Of a stretch of 64,000 bases of DNA, positions 14,926-27,522 are shown piece after piece; within the stretch, counting starts at the first letter, position 1, and each line of letters opens with the position of its first letter. The translations under genes and the position numbers were made by a program. The notes beneath the pieces were generated by a model, which saw only the letters and a program-made list of their open reading frames with translations, did not search any database and had not been told where the DNA came from. Source of the stretch: Octopus sinensis (lineage: Eukaryota); NCBI RefSeq assembly GCF_006345805.1, contig NC_042999.1, positions 65,782,001 through 65,846,000 on the forward strand. The letters are read 5' to 3'.

Positions 14926-15468
14926 ACGAAGTCTCTGTTAGGACATGATGTGATATGAACACACCTTTCCGATTTCATAAACAGGTGTCGAAAATTAGGA
15001 ATACGTTGCTTTGTGTTCTACCTGTACGTATATTATAAAGGCAAGCGCTATTGATGCAGCATGGCCTAATGTTTGACAAGGTTGCTTTGCAAACATGAAG
15101 TCTTTAGCTTTGTTTCTACTGCTTTAGATCTTACGTCCCTCCTTCCATTTTCATGGGTCAGCCTATGGAAATGGGCAGACGAAAAGTTGATTGGAAGCAC
15201 GTCGGAACGACTGTTTATCTAATTTAAATGTAGAGAGCTCTCACGTACTTTACCAATTAGATTCTGTAAATTAAGTTAAGGGTACCCATGTCTGTGGAAT
15301 ACTCAACCACTTATACACCATTTCAATGAGGAAATATTTTGGGTGATCAAACAACTGAATCATCATCCTCGAAACCTTCGGAGATCCAAATTTGCAGTCA
15401 TTAAATTCTAAAATCTTTTAGGTAAGTTTAACTTCACCAAAGAATCTCTGAAGTGCGTTGTTAGAATT

Positions 15469-15545
<77 letters not shown>

Positions 15546-16369
15546 GCATGTATATAGATATTAAAACTAGAACATCCAGAAACGTTAATGAAAGGCGAAG
15601 CATCGATGCATCGTAGTCGGAAATGACTGAACATATGCATGGTACAAAACAGCGTGCTACTAACAGCATTGGAGTGAAATATTCCATAATTGATTGCGAT
15701 TCACCGTTTGAAACTTCGAATAAATAATCTTGAAAGAAGCAACACATATATTTACCTCCAATTCAATCCATGATATCGGTTTTGATGTCAGCTGTTATCA
15801 ACTTCATGTGATTGCATTCGTTGTAAGACAAATTTAAATAATCCAAAAATGTAATATTATTTATACATAAATGGATAATTATATGATTAACCTTACTTTC
15901 AAAATAACAGCTTCTCTGCCTAGTTTGCATCATCTGTGGCACGAAGTAGATTTCTAGAAATGTGGATAAATATCTAAGATCAAACTAATCGAAACGTACA
16001 CTGTAAAAATAAATATTTTACCTCTGAAGATACGTTGGATTATCTGAAAAGCAATTATAACGGAAATGTAATTTATTTATACATTTATTTATCAGATGTT
16101 GCTTTGGTTAAGCCTCAGTTTAGATCCAGTCGAGTGGACATGTGCTGAAATGAGTTCACGCTTTGAAAATACTGTCTTTTTCCAAAATACATGGGCACTT
16201 GGTGTGCTTCAGTTCCTTATTCTTTCCTAACACTGTAGAATGAGGAATAAGTGAGATTTGGCTGTTGTTTCGAGTAGAACGAGTGACTACGTAGAGGCTT
16301 TGTCATTAATTATTGTTTGTTATTTGCGTAGGCATATGTCAGCTGCGATTGAGTACGCGAAGGCTACAC

Positions 16370-16687
16370 CTGTAGTTGACCTAACATAATATTTAACTTT
16401 ATGGTTGTCCGTAAGTTTCGGTGCCTTGGAGTGTATAGAAAAGTACAAAGCTTCTGGCAAGTTGTAATTATCAACGAGAGATCCTCATCTGGTTTCTCAA
16501 TCGCTGTATTTAACACGAAAGGAAGTGATATATTATTATCTGTCATTAGCAAGAAAGAATGGAGAAACATTCTTTCTGGTGCAACTATCTGTATGTGTAA
16601 TATGACAAATTTTACGAACTTTGTTTCGCAAATATAACATTCTGGTTTCGATTCCACTGCATGATATCCTATGAAGGTGAAACATTT
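16370..16687 (-). CDS. Candidate 318-bp symmetric exon of an unidentified gene
   Basis: Minus strand ctttattttacAG|aaatgt ... ctacag|GTgtag. Open for 106 codons in phase 0 (KCFTFIGYHAVESKPECYICETK...MLGQLQ). No recognised domain. Confidence 0.2.
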
Positions 16688-18518
16688 CTGTAAAATAAAG
16701 TCATCTCATATCTTATTGAATTTAGGAAGAAATCCGTCGTATATACTGTATTTCCATTTTAATTGTCAGGCATGCCGCGCCACGCCAATAACATTAATTA
16801 CTTTACATTATCAGAATTACTGTTAGGGAAATATTCAACCACTTTTACGCTAATTCACTGAACCTGGTACTTCAGGCGAGCCTAAAACAAAATATTCGTG
16901 GTCTAAAATTTAGATTCCCTTTTGCGCATGAGTACTAAAGCTTTTGTAGTTTCTATAGTTCTCTCAAAAAAAAAACGACAAAATCGGAAACTGAAACAGA
17001 ATTAGAGAAAAGCAGTGATTAAACAGCAGATGCTGAGATATACATCTCCTAACTATACGAGTTCATCTTCATTATATTTACTATCAATTCTAAAGATAAC
17101 TACAGAGAACTCACAGAACATGATATAATGAGAAACAAAACCAAAATAAAACACACGACATATAAAACGGAGATGCAAGACCACACAAAAGAAACTAAAA
17201 AAACCTGATAACATGAACATGGAATTTCTTCATCGCTTTCTAATTTCTATCTAATTTAGATGTGTTATCTCTGTCCCAATTACATTGTTTGCCCGCCAGC
17301 TATAATTAGGCAAATGATGTGTTTGTCACGCTGTGCAATTCCTTTTTGTATTTCTTTTAGAGCCTTTCACATCTAAAATAACTAACTGCTTTCTACATCT
17401 CTTCTATTATTACATCATTTTCTCTCTAATCCCACTTTCACAATGCAGCTTCTAACGGATAAAAGTGTATATCACCGAATAAGCATGTTGCAAATGGACA
17501 TATGTTCATGCATGTGATTGCATTAGCATACTCAGAGTTCTTCATTTATAGATGCATGTGTGTATACGTAGGAAAAAACATATGCGTAAATAGATACATA
17601 CTTACCTCTTGTTAAAACCTTACATGTATAAAAGAAATCTTGCTTGAGTATAAGCGCACTGAAACACACAAATACACGAAATGTGCTTATACTTGGGTGT
17701 CATCTTGAATGTAATTATATGTGAATGTAATTATGTGTGTTTGTGCGTGTCCTTGCATGAGCTTGTATGTGTGTGTATATAAGTATGTATATATGTATGT
17801 ATGCATATCATAGTTACTCATACATGCACGCATGTACGCATACATACACATATGCACCAAGTATGTATAAATAATATATTTACAAACATACACAACCACA
17901 CACGCATATACACATACATACACACACATATATGAATATATATATATTTTTATAACTACAAATATAAATATATATGTATATATATATATATATATACACA
18001 TATATATCTACATATATATATATATATATATATATGTACATGCATATACATACATATATTCACACATATATATATAAATACATATACATATATGTTCATA
18101 TGTATATATATATATATATATATACGCACGCACATATCCCATGTGGAAAAAAGCATTAACTTACATATTAGTTCGCTTGTATTATGAAATATTCTAACAA
18201 GAAGCGAATGATAAAATAAAATAGTTATAACGTGTATCACCCACTCACGCTCTCTCTTTTCAATTATGCTTCTTTAATATCGTGCATAAAATTTCTAGCC
18301 ATTTGTTTTGTTTTGTTGTTTTTTTATTATTTCTCCATGTCTTGAAGAAGAAATTTTTCCTAGCAACGTTGAAAGATTTCCTATTCTTCGTACACAGTGA
18401 CTACGCTTCTAAGATTCTATGCTTTCCGTTTGTCAAGACAATCTCCACTGCTTTCTCTCACTCTTTATTTTACCCCCAGTTTACATTATTTTCTTCATGT
18501 ACGTGTATGTGTGTGTGT

Positions 18519-18563
<45 letters not shown>

Positions 18564-18599
18564 AAATGTATGTGTATTATATTGGAATCGGAGTGTTAG

Positions 18600-18633
<34 letters not shown>

Positions 18634-18859
18634 GCAAAATGGGACAAGAACCAAAACATCCAAATAGACGATACAAAAACACGGACGGGTCATTCGAAGC
18701 CTTTAATTTTCAGTCAAGAACCGGATCAACTTCGCAATTTCGGCTGAGAAATCTTGAGATTGCTCCAATCTGGCCAGCCCCAACGAAAAACTAAGCTAAG
18801 AGCATTAGATTCCTCGGAAAAAGGATCGAATGTATACGAAACAAGAACAGAAAAACGGA

Positions 18860-18898
<39 letters not shown>

Positions 18899-19741
18899 GA
18901 GAGAGAGAGAGAATATATATATATAGGGTAGAAAAATTAGGGAAATTTTCTACCAGTCGCTAGCATGCATAAAAGAGTCAATAAAATTAGTGTATATATG
19001 TGCACTAATTTTATATGAAATATATATAATGCAACAGTTTAGAATATGGATTCAGCATACATACGCATATACACACATATATCTGTTTGAGTATGCCTGA
19101 GTGTGTGTATGTATGCGAATATTATGTGCGTGCATGTCTGTGTCTGTGTGCAGGTGTGTGTGTGTGCGTGCGTGTGTGTATACAAGTTGTAATGTACATT
19201 TAGCGATTCCCCGAAAGATTTATCAATGAATATACTTTCGGTATTTCGACTGAATGTTAGCTCAGGGTATAGAGAATAAGTGGCTCTGTATATCACTGGT
19301 ATCTACACCTCTAACATGCGATCCTCGCTACAAATCATCTCCATGCCACAAATCCCGCATAATATTCTATCCGACGCCTTAATGATCCGTCAATGCGACA
19401 ACGTGAGAGTCTTACATTATCTGAAACAACAGATCTGATATCCACTTAGCAAACAGTGGTTCAGTGTTAACCTGCGTTCTGCATTTCAAGCAGTAGCAGG
19501 AATTGTTCATTTATAAAGTCGGCTGATAATATAACACCGAGTGTCTATGTATTGCATTTTTGTAGTCCAAAACTAAGTGTAGCACTATAGTGTATGCGTG
19601 TGTGTATGTGTATGCATATGTATGTGTGTGTGTATATATAGTTAATCCAAATATGAAAACACAAAGAGAAAACACAACAACGCGAGAACTTGGAACAAAT
19701 ATAGTATTATTGGACGCTCAGGAAGGAAGGGAAGAAGGAGG

Positions 19742-19776
19742 GTTTTATGTTTCGAGCGGAGCTCTTCGTCAGAAAC
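19742..19776 (-). ncRNA. Ultra-minimal hammerhead motif in a (TA)n-adjacent repeat
   Basis: Minus strand GTTT-CTGACGA-A-GAGC tcc GCTC-GAAA-CA-TA-AAAC. Stems I and II pair; stem III is CA where CG is expected. Confidence 0.55.
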
Positions 19777-19866
19777 ATAGGAAAAGGAAAGCTCCAGAGA
19801 AGGGAAGACGGAGGAAAAAAATGGCCACCGGTACACTTGCGGTTACATTTTGAATGATATATATAT

Positions 19867-19945
<79 letters not shown>

Positions 19946-20262
19946 TAAAATATGATGGGTACATTGTAACCGTTTTATGTTTTTAATTTCGTGCATGCGC
20001 ATTGTTTGTTTTTGATTTTGTCGACTACTCAGTATAATAGGGTCGGCTAGGCACATTTTGTGAGAAACACAACACCATATCGCTTTTCACTCTGCTAGAA
20101 ATTTGGAAACACGATGTTGTACTGCTTCGCATTCGTGCCGGAAGCAAGATATGTAAAAAAAAAAAGAGAAAGAAATCAGAACCAGAAGTAATTTTACATT
20201 GATAGAGTTACTAGTCTGCTTATGAAACGAATATGATTCGAATTTATATCAGAAATTATTAG

Positions 20263-21005
20263 CAATTTGATTTGGAATGGAATATTCTATCTAGATCTTT
20301 CCCATAAGATAAAGGTAAATCTTTATGTCCGCTCTATAACGAAGAACAATTCCTTATCCCATTCTTGGATAATTCTCTTGTAAACAGGTTTACAGTACGC
20401 GTTTAACGTTGCAACTATTGGCAAAACATGCCTTTAGTTCCCATTAGTAATTTCTACCAATCTATAAAATTCAACCTTTAAATGTCTTCTTACATTTCAT
20501 CTCCACTAAATATATCTATTTCCATGCTTTTAAGCTTTATTCTCATTCATCTATCATACTATATTTCCCCACTCTTAATTTTCTGTTAATTTCTTTCTTT
20601 CTCCTGCTTCTCTTTCTCTAAATTGCCTTTGATGTTAAATCTATTAACGGCTTTTAAAAAATTGTCAGCATTCCCCTTGATCATATACGTGGTAATCACA
20701 TTCGGTTAAAATAGCTTATTGAAGTGTTTTGTTTCTTTTTTCACCGACGAAATGATCATCATTTTATTCCCCCCGGAACAATATCAATGTTTTCTTCGAA
20801 AAATATTGCGTAAGTATGAGGATTTTAATACCACCTGCATTTGAATCCCTTTCTTAATTTATGTATGTCATACAAAAATATTTCATTTAACCTGGAATTT
20901 CTACCTTTAGTAGCAGGCTTTAATATCCTCGGAACTTATGGAACTTCTGCTAACCTGGTAACTATTTTCTCCGTGTTACTTCTACACATTGAAAAATACA
21001 CACAG
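20263..21005 (+). mobile_element. Penelope-like 3' fragment (end of GIY-YIG, 3' UTR, decayed HHR)
   Basis: Homologous to 22340-23050 (caatttgatttggaatgg...tctagatc...ggtaaatctttatgtcc...ggtaatcacattcggttaaaat). Confidence 0.8.
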
Positions 21006-21024
21006 ACACGCATATATATGTGTT

Positions 21025-21069
<45 letters not shown>

Positions 21070-21099
21070 GATGTGTATGTATAGGTCTGTATATATATA

Positions 21100-21345
21100 T
21101 ATGTATGTGTATTTTTTTAATGTGTAGAGATAACACGGAGAAAATATATAGATAGTTACCAGGGTAGCAAAAATTCACATAAGTTCCAAGGATATTACTA
21201 CCTGCTTATAAAGGCAGGAATTCGAGTGTTAAGTTAAATGTTTTTGTATAACATGGAGATATTAAAAAATGGAGTCAAACGCAGGTGTTATTCAAATAAT
21301 CTATACTTCCAACATATGTTTGGAAGAAAGCATTGACATAATATA
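21100..21345 (-). mobile_element. Inverted pLTR-like segment 5' of the Penelope ORF
   Basis: Reverse complement aligns to 20826-21005 and to 22965-23050, including the HHR 3' half caaa-catatg-tt-ggaag. Confidence 0.75.
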
Positions 21346-21385
21346 GCTAGAGCATTGAGATTATTATATAACTAACAACAACTTT

Positions 21386-22430
21386 TTGGATATTACCCTT
21401 AGCTTATATAATAAGTCATATTTCCGATACCATAAACGTTCAAAATCTGTTAGCTCTTTCAATAATCAGCCCAAGAAAATTACAATCAGTTTAGTTAGAA
21501 ATGTTTCACTTAGATTCTCTAGATTATCTGCTAGTGTTGTTATCTTCAATGATAAATCCGAATTTTATAACTCTGCCTTACTTAAATCAGGTTATAAAGG
21601 AAAACTTACCTATATTATCCCTGTTGAAGTTTGTTCTGCCTCTATTAATCAGGACACAAAAAACACATCATAATGCTAATAACAATATAAATTTTAGTTC
21701 GAATAATAACACTAAATCGAAAACTGTAATTTCGCAGCGTAACAGAGATAATCGTTCTTTATATCCCTTTATACGTAATAAAAATATGTCTCGGATTATA
21801 AAGATATTTTCCCTAATAACAAGATGTGTCCTAGTAAAACTGTTTACCCGATCATTCTTTATGTTAAGCCGATCAAATCGAACTTCCGTTACCATTCTCG
21901 TGAAGATATAGTAGAGAATTGTCCCAAAAATTCAAGATACCATTTCATTATCAATTCACACCGAATTAGGATAGGTTTTTCAAACACCAAAAACCTTTCA
22001 CGAATCATTTCTACGCATGGCAATAAATACAAATCCGCTTAATGAATATAAGAACATTGATATTATTAACGCTAAACATTCTTTGAACAATATTAACAAC
22101 AATATTAATATTTCTTATATAAATTCAAATCGTATTCGTTTCCTTAGCAGTAATTCTAAGACTAGAAACTATGTTTATCAATGTAAAATTACTTCCGGTT
22201 CTGATGCCTTTTTTATATAGGGAGCTCATCGTCTCTGTTGTCGAAAAGACTATCTAATCATAACTCAACATTTAGACATATCAATAAGCGCAACAATACT
22301 AGGCTTAATAAATTAATTTAGTCTCTAAAAGAACATAACCAATTTGATTTGGAATGGAAAATTCTATCTAGATCCTTGCCATATGATAAAGGTAAATCTT
22401 TATGTCCACTCTGTAACGAAGAACAATATA
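21386..22430 (+). pseudogene. Penelope-like element ORF remnant: RT C-terminus, linker, GIY-YIG endonuclease
   Basis: DITLSL..SFNNQP..RFSRLS..YNSALLKSGY..LTY (RT thumb); ..HRIRIGFSNTKNLSRIISTH; NYVYQCKI..YIG..KRLSNH..; EWKILSRSLPYDKGKSLCPLCNEE. Multiple frameshifts and stops. Confidence 0.85.
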
Positions 22431-22906
22431 TCTATCTAGATCCTTGCCATATAACAAAGGTAACTCTTTTTGTCCACTCTGTAGAGAAGAACAATTTCTC
22501 ATCGCTCTCCCGGAGAATACTCTTGGAAACACGTCTAAAGAACGTGTTTATCGTTGTAAACATTGGGAAAAACATATCCTTAGTTCCTATAGGTAATTTC
22601 TACCAACGTCAATTTCTACCAATCTACAAAATCCAACGTTAAACTGTCTTCTTAAATTTTATTTCCACTACATATATCTATTTCCACGCTTTTAGATTTC
22701 ATCCCCATTCATCTACCACACTATATATTTTTCCACTCTTAATTTAATGTTAGTTTCTTCCCTTCACTTCTTTCGATAAATTATATTTAATGTTAAATCT
22801 ATCAACGTTTTTTTTAAAAAAATAACTTGCTAGCTTTTAACTTCATCATATACGAGGTAATCACATTCGGTTAAAATGGTGGATTGATGTGTTTTGTTTC
22901 TCTTTT

Positions 22907-22995
22907 CTTCCCTGACGAGATGATTGCATTGTTTTAAATCATTGTTATTCACTCCGCAATAATCTCAATGCATTCTTCGAAGAATATGTTGGAAG
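22907..22995 (+). ncRNA. Type-I hammerhead motif in the Penelope 3' UTR (mutated core)
   Basis: CTTCC-CTGACGA-ga t ga t tgcattg...caatgca t tc t tc-GAAG-AATATG-TT-GGAAG. The inverted copy at 21306-21330 supplies AAA-CATATG, giving a consensus GAAA-CATATG. Confidence 0.65.
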
Positions 22996-23051
22996 TATAA
23001 ATGATTTGAATAACACCTACGTTTGGCTCTCTTTCTTGATTTATCCATATA

Positions 23052-23147
<96 letters not shown>

Positions 23148-23687
23148 TATAGAGAGAGAGGGGGAGGGGAGAGAAGCATATATATGTAAGTATATTTTGC
23201 CCATATAGTTATGTGTGTGTATATATATCTCTTATTATAAAAGGCAGATTTTATCTGCCTCCCTTTGTATCTTATAGAAATCTACAATATAGGATTTCTT
23301 CAATTACAATTTACCTAGCATTTTTAAGAGTAGAATGCATCGGGTCGTGCCAGGTCCAGTTTTTAAAATTTCAACCCCAATTAAGCAAAATTTAGAGAAA
23401 ACTCACATTGTGGTGTCTAAGTCAAATGCTTTTCTTAGTGTGGCCTACACCACACGCACACGCACACACACACAGTGTGCAACGAATTAAGAGAAAGTAA
23501 TTCACTTTTTGTAGTGAGTGACTCTTTCACTCTGCCACTTCCTCTTTACACACATAGACACGCAAATATATAAATAAAATTGTAAGCTAACGTGTGTGTG
23601 TGCGTGTGTGTGAGTGTGTGTGTGTGTGTGTGAGGGTGCGTGTGTGTGTGTGTGCGTGCGTGTGCGTGTGCGTGAGTGTGTGAAAGG

Positions 23688-24364
23688 AAAGTTTTTTAGG
23701 ACGAATATAAGACCTATATCCAAGTAGCAGAAAGATCGCCCAAAAGTGTATATAGATATTTAAATGTATTTATATATTAATCTATACACAGATGTATGTA
23801 TAATGTGTGTGTATATATTTCCATAGAGGTAACCTTTCACTCCATACAAAGTTTTTTAGGACGAATATAAGATGTAAAGTATATACAAGTAGCAGAAAGA
23901 TCACCCAAAAGTGTATATAGCTATTTAAATGTATTTATATATTCATCTATACACAGATGTATGTATAATGTGTGTGTATATATTTGCATACACGTAACCA
24001 TTCACTCCGCACAAAGTTTTTTAGGACGAAAATAAGATCTAAAGTTATCTCTAAGTAGCACAAAGATCGCCCAAAAGTGTATATAGATATATAAATGTAT
24101 TTATATATTCATCTATGCACACATGTATGTATAACATGTGTGTATATATTTCCATAGAGGTAACCATTCACTCCATACAAAGTTTTTTAGGACGAAAATA
24201 AGATCTAAAGTTATCTCTAAGAAACAGAAAGATCGCCCAAAAGTGTATATAGATATTTAAATGTATTTATATATTCATCTATACACACATGTATGTATAA
24301 TGTGCGTGTATATATTTCCATAGAGGTAACCATTTAATCCATACAAAGGTTTTTAGGACGAAAA
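23688..24364 (+). repeat. Internal 160-166-bp tandem repeat (4 units plus a partial) in Helitron copy 1
   Basis: Units start aaagttttttaggacgaa at about 23688, 23848, 24013, 24179 and 24345. Confidence 0.9.
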
Positions 24365-24614
24365 TCTTTATATATAAAAGAAAGGTTGTGTGTCTGTCTA
24401 CTCCGATTTAGATTCCTAACTACTCCCACATTTTGCGATGCAGTTTAACCAAAACCGGGTATCTTATAGTCGGGATTCATATCGAGCCCTTCTGCGTATT
24501 AGCGCGCGTCTACGATGAGTCTATGATTTTACAAATAATTTACCATAATTTTTTTTCTATTTTAATGCATATTTTTTTAAATAAAGGGAAGTAACTCTCA
24601 AACTTCACACCAAT

Positions 24615-25136
24615 ATGCGTGCTCATATGCGACGTAATATCACATCAGCAGCATTTCCTCACACCCTCCTTGCACTTGGCGAAGGCAAAATACCAGGGGA
24701 TGAAAATGATAATATTGCCATCGATTCCATTTGTACCATTGTTAAAACGCCTTCTGATCTCAGAGATGCAGTGTTCCCAGATCTACAAGCTAATTATTAG
24801 AGTATGGATTGGATTGGCCAAAAGGCTATACTGGCCCCGAGGAATAAAACTGTTCACCATATTAATGATGAAATGCTAAAACTCATTCCTGGGGAAGTCT
24901 ATGTATATCAGTCTATCGATACAACTCCTGACTCAGATGACGTCATCAACTATCCAATAGAGGTACTCAATTCCTTTGAGCACCCCGGACTACCACCACA
25001 CTTTCTCAAACTTAAAGTTGGTGCCCCTATAATGCTCATCAGATATTTGGTTCCCCCAAAACAATGCAATGGCACACGTTTGATCGTTAAGTCCTTATCT
25101 CCCACCGTAAGCTTATATCAATATTTGCCTGAATAA
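24615..25136 (+). pseudogene. PIF1-like Helitron helicase fragment with a nonsense mutation
   Basis: Same frame and length as 26925-27446, but CAG>TAG at 24798-24800. Confidence 0.88.
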
Positions 25137-25212
25137 TCATCATAATTCAGTGCAATCATTAACAGTACTTTCAAGCAGTTCAGCTCCGAGCAACGCCGGG
25201 CAATTCTGCTAG

Positions 25213-27522
25213 TCTTATTATAAAAGGCAGATTTTATCTGCCTCCCTTTGTCTCTTATAGAAATCTACAATATAGGATTTCTTCAATTATAATTTACCTA
25301 GCATTTTTAAGAGTAGAATACATCGGGTCGTGCCAGGTAGTTTTTCAAATTTCACCCCCAATTAAGCAAAATTTCGAGAAAACTCACATTGTGGTGTGTA
25401 AGTGAAGTGCTTTTCTTAGTGTGGGCTACAGCACACACACACACACACAAAAACGGAGCGAACTGCTTCACTCATGCTATCACCCTAATTTCTCCTCCTT
25501 TCTCTTTGCAAGTGTGCAACGATTAAAGTGAAAGTATTTATATAAAACGGATGAACTGTTTCACTCATGCTATCACCATAATTTTTCATACTTTCTCTTT
25601 GCAAGTGTACCTTAAACCACTACTAAAAAAAAACACAGCAAACAGAAACAAATAAATACATAACGATTTACTCCTCACACAATTTCTTCAATTAGAGTTT
25701 ACCTATGATTTTTCAAAGTACTTCCATTCGGTCATGGCATACAAAATTTCTTCAATTAGAGTTTACCTATGATTTTTCAAAGTACTTCCATTCGGTCATG
25801 GCATACAAAATTTCTTTCAATTTCACCCCCATTTCAGAAAAAATTCGAGAAAACTCAATATTTTAACATTTCACTTCGAAGCCTTTACTCTGCCTATTAC
25901 TCCCACTTCCTTTTTACACACATAGACACGCAAATATATAAATAAAATTGTAAGCTAACGTGTGTGTGTGTGTGTGTGCGTGTGTGTGAGTGTGTTGTGT
26001 GCGTGTGAGTGTGTATGAGGGTGCATGTGTGTGTGTGGTGTGTGTGTGTGTGTGTGTGAGTGTGTGACAGGGATGAGCCAGTCAGACTGGTCATCCTTTT
26101 TGCTAGAAGATCACCTATGGTCTTATATGCTACACCACTGGTTTTCAGTTCATATTAATCAAATTAATATTCACAACAAGAAGGACTATTCATTATAATA
26201 CATCAGTTCCACACATTTACCCTGGTTCCATTTCGGACAACTGCACAAACATTTGCCATTTCACACATGTATGTAAACAAATTCCTCTCTTAAAAATTTC
26301 AATTCATTTTCATTTTCAATTCATACAAAGTTTTTTAGGACGAATATAAGATCTAAAGTATATCCAAGTAGCAGAAAGATCGCCCAAAATTGCATATAGA
26401 TATTTAAATGTATTTATATATTCATCTATACACAGATGTATGTATAATGTGTGTGTATATATTTCCATAGAGGTAACCATTCACTCCATACAAAGTTTTT
26501 TAGGACGAAAATAAGATCTAAAGTTATATCTAAAAAACAGAAAGATCGCCCAAAAGTGTATATAGATATTTAAATGTATTTATATATTCATCTATACACA
26601 CATGTATGTATAATGTGCATGTATATTTCCATAGAGGTAACCATTCAATCCATACAAAGTTTTTTAGGACGAAAATCTTTATATATAAAAGAAAGGTTGT
26701 GTGTCTGTCTACTCCGATTTAGATTCCTAACTACTCCCACATTTTGCGATGCAGTTTAACCAAAACCGGGTATCTTATAGTCGTGTTTCATATCGAGCCC
26801 TTCTGGGTATTAGCGCGCGTCTACGATGAGTCTATGATTTTACAAGTAATTTACCATCATTTTTTTCCATTTTAATGCATATTTTTGTTAATAAAGGGAA
26901 GTAACTCTCAAACTTCACACCAATATGCGTGCTCATATGCGACGTAATATCACATCAGCAGCATTTCCTCACACCCTCCTTGCACTTGGCGAAGGCAAAA
27001 TACTAGGGGATGAAAATGGTAATATTGCCATCGATTCCATTTGTACCATTGTTAAGACGCCTTCTGATCTCAGAGATGCAGTGTTCCCAGATCTACAAGC
27101 TAATTATCAGAATATGGATCGGATTGGCCAAAAGGCTATACTGGCCCCGAGGAATAAAACTGTTCACCATATTAATGATGAAATGCTAAAACTCATTCCT
27201 GGGGAAGTCTATGTATATCAGTCTATCGATACAACTCCTGACCCAGAGGACGTCATCAACTATCCAATAGAGGTACTCAATTCCTTTGAGCACCCCGGAC
27301 TACCACCACTCTTTCTCAAACTTAAAGTTGGTGCCCCTATAATGCTCATCAGAAATTTGGTTCCCCCAAAACAATGCAATGGCACACGTTTGATCGTTAA
27401 GTCCTTATCTCTCACCGTAAACTTATATCAATATTTGCCTGAATAATCATCATAATTCAGTGCAATCATTAACAGTACTTTCAAGCAGTTCAGCCCCGAG
27501 CAACGCCGGGCAATTCTGCTAG
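25213..27522 (+). mobile_element. Non-autonomous Helitron, copy 2 (head-to-tail with copy 1)
   Basis: Junction ...ctgCTAG|TCttattataaaagg. Ends gcaacgccgggcaattctgCTAG|t before (TA)n. Confidence 0.85.
26925..27446 (+). pseudogene. PIF1-like Helitron helicase fragment (173-aa open frame)
   Basis: AILAPRNKTVHHIN; YPIEVLNSFEHPGLPP.FLKLKVGAPIMLIRNL.PPKQCNGTRLIV. The N-terminal helicase motifs and the Rep domain are absent. Confidence 0.9.

Larger units (their letters stand above)
23228..25212 (+). mobile_element. Non-autonomous Helitron, copy 1
   Basis: 5' TC(TC)TTATTATAAAAGG after A; 3' ccgagcaacgccggg hairpin region then CTAG; no TSD; carries a helicase fragment. Confidence 0.85.

Noticed and set aside
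18640-18862. (TA)n-flanked repeat with ggctg...cagcc-GAAA on the minus strand
   Set aside because: Probably a related repeat, but no CTGANGA core can be placed, so no ribozyme call.
23688-24364. Regular repeats as a possible CRISPR array
   Set aside because: Whole units of about 165 bp are repeated with no unique spacers, in a eukaryotic context with no cas genes.
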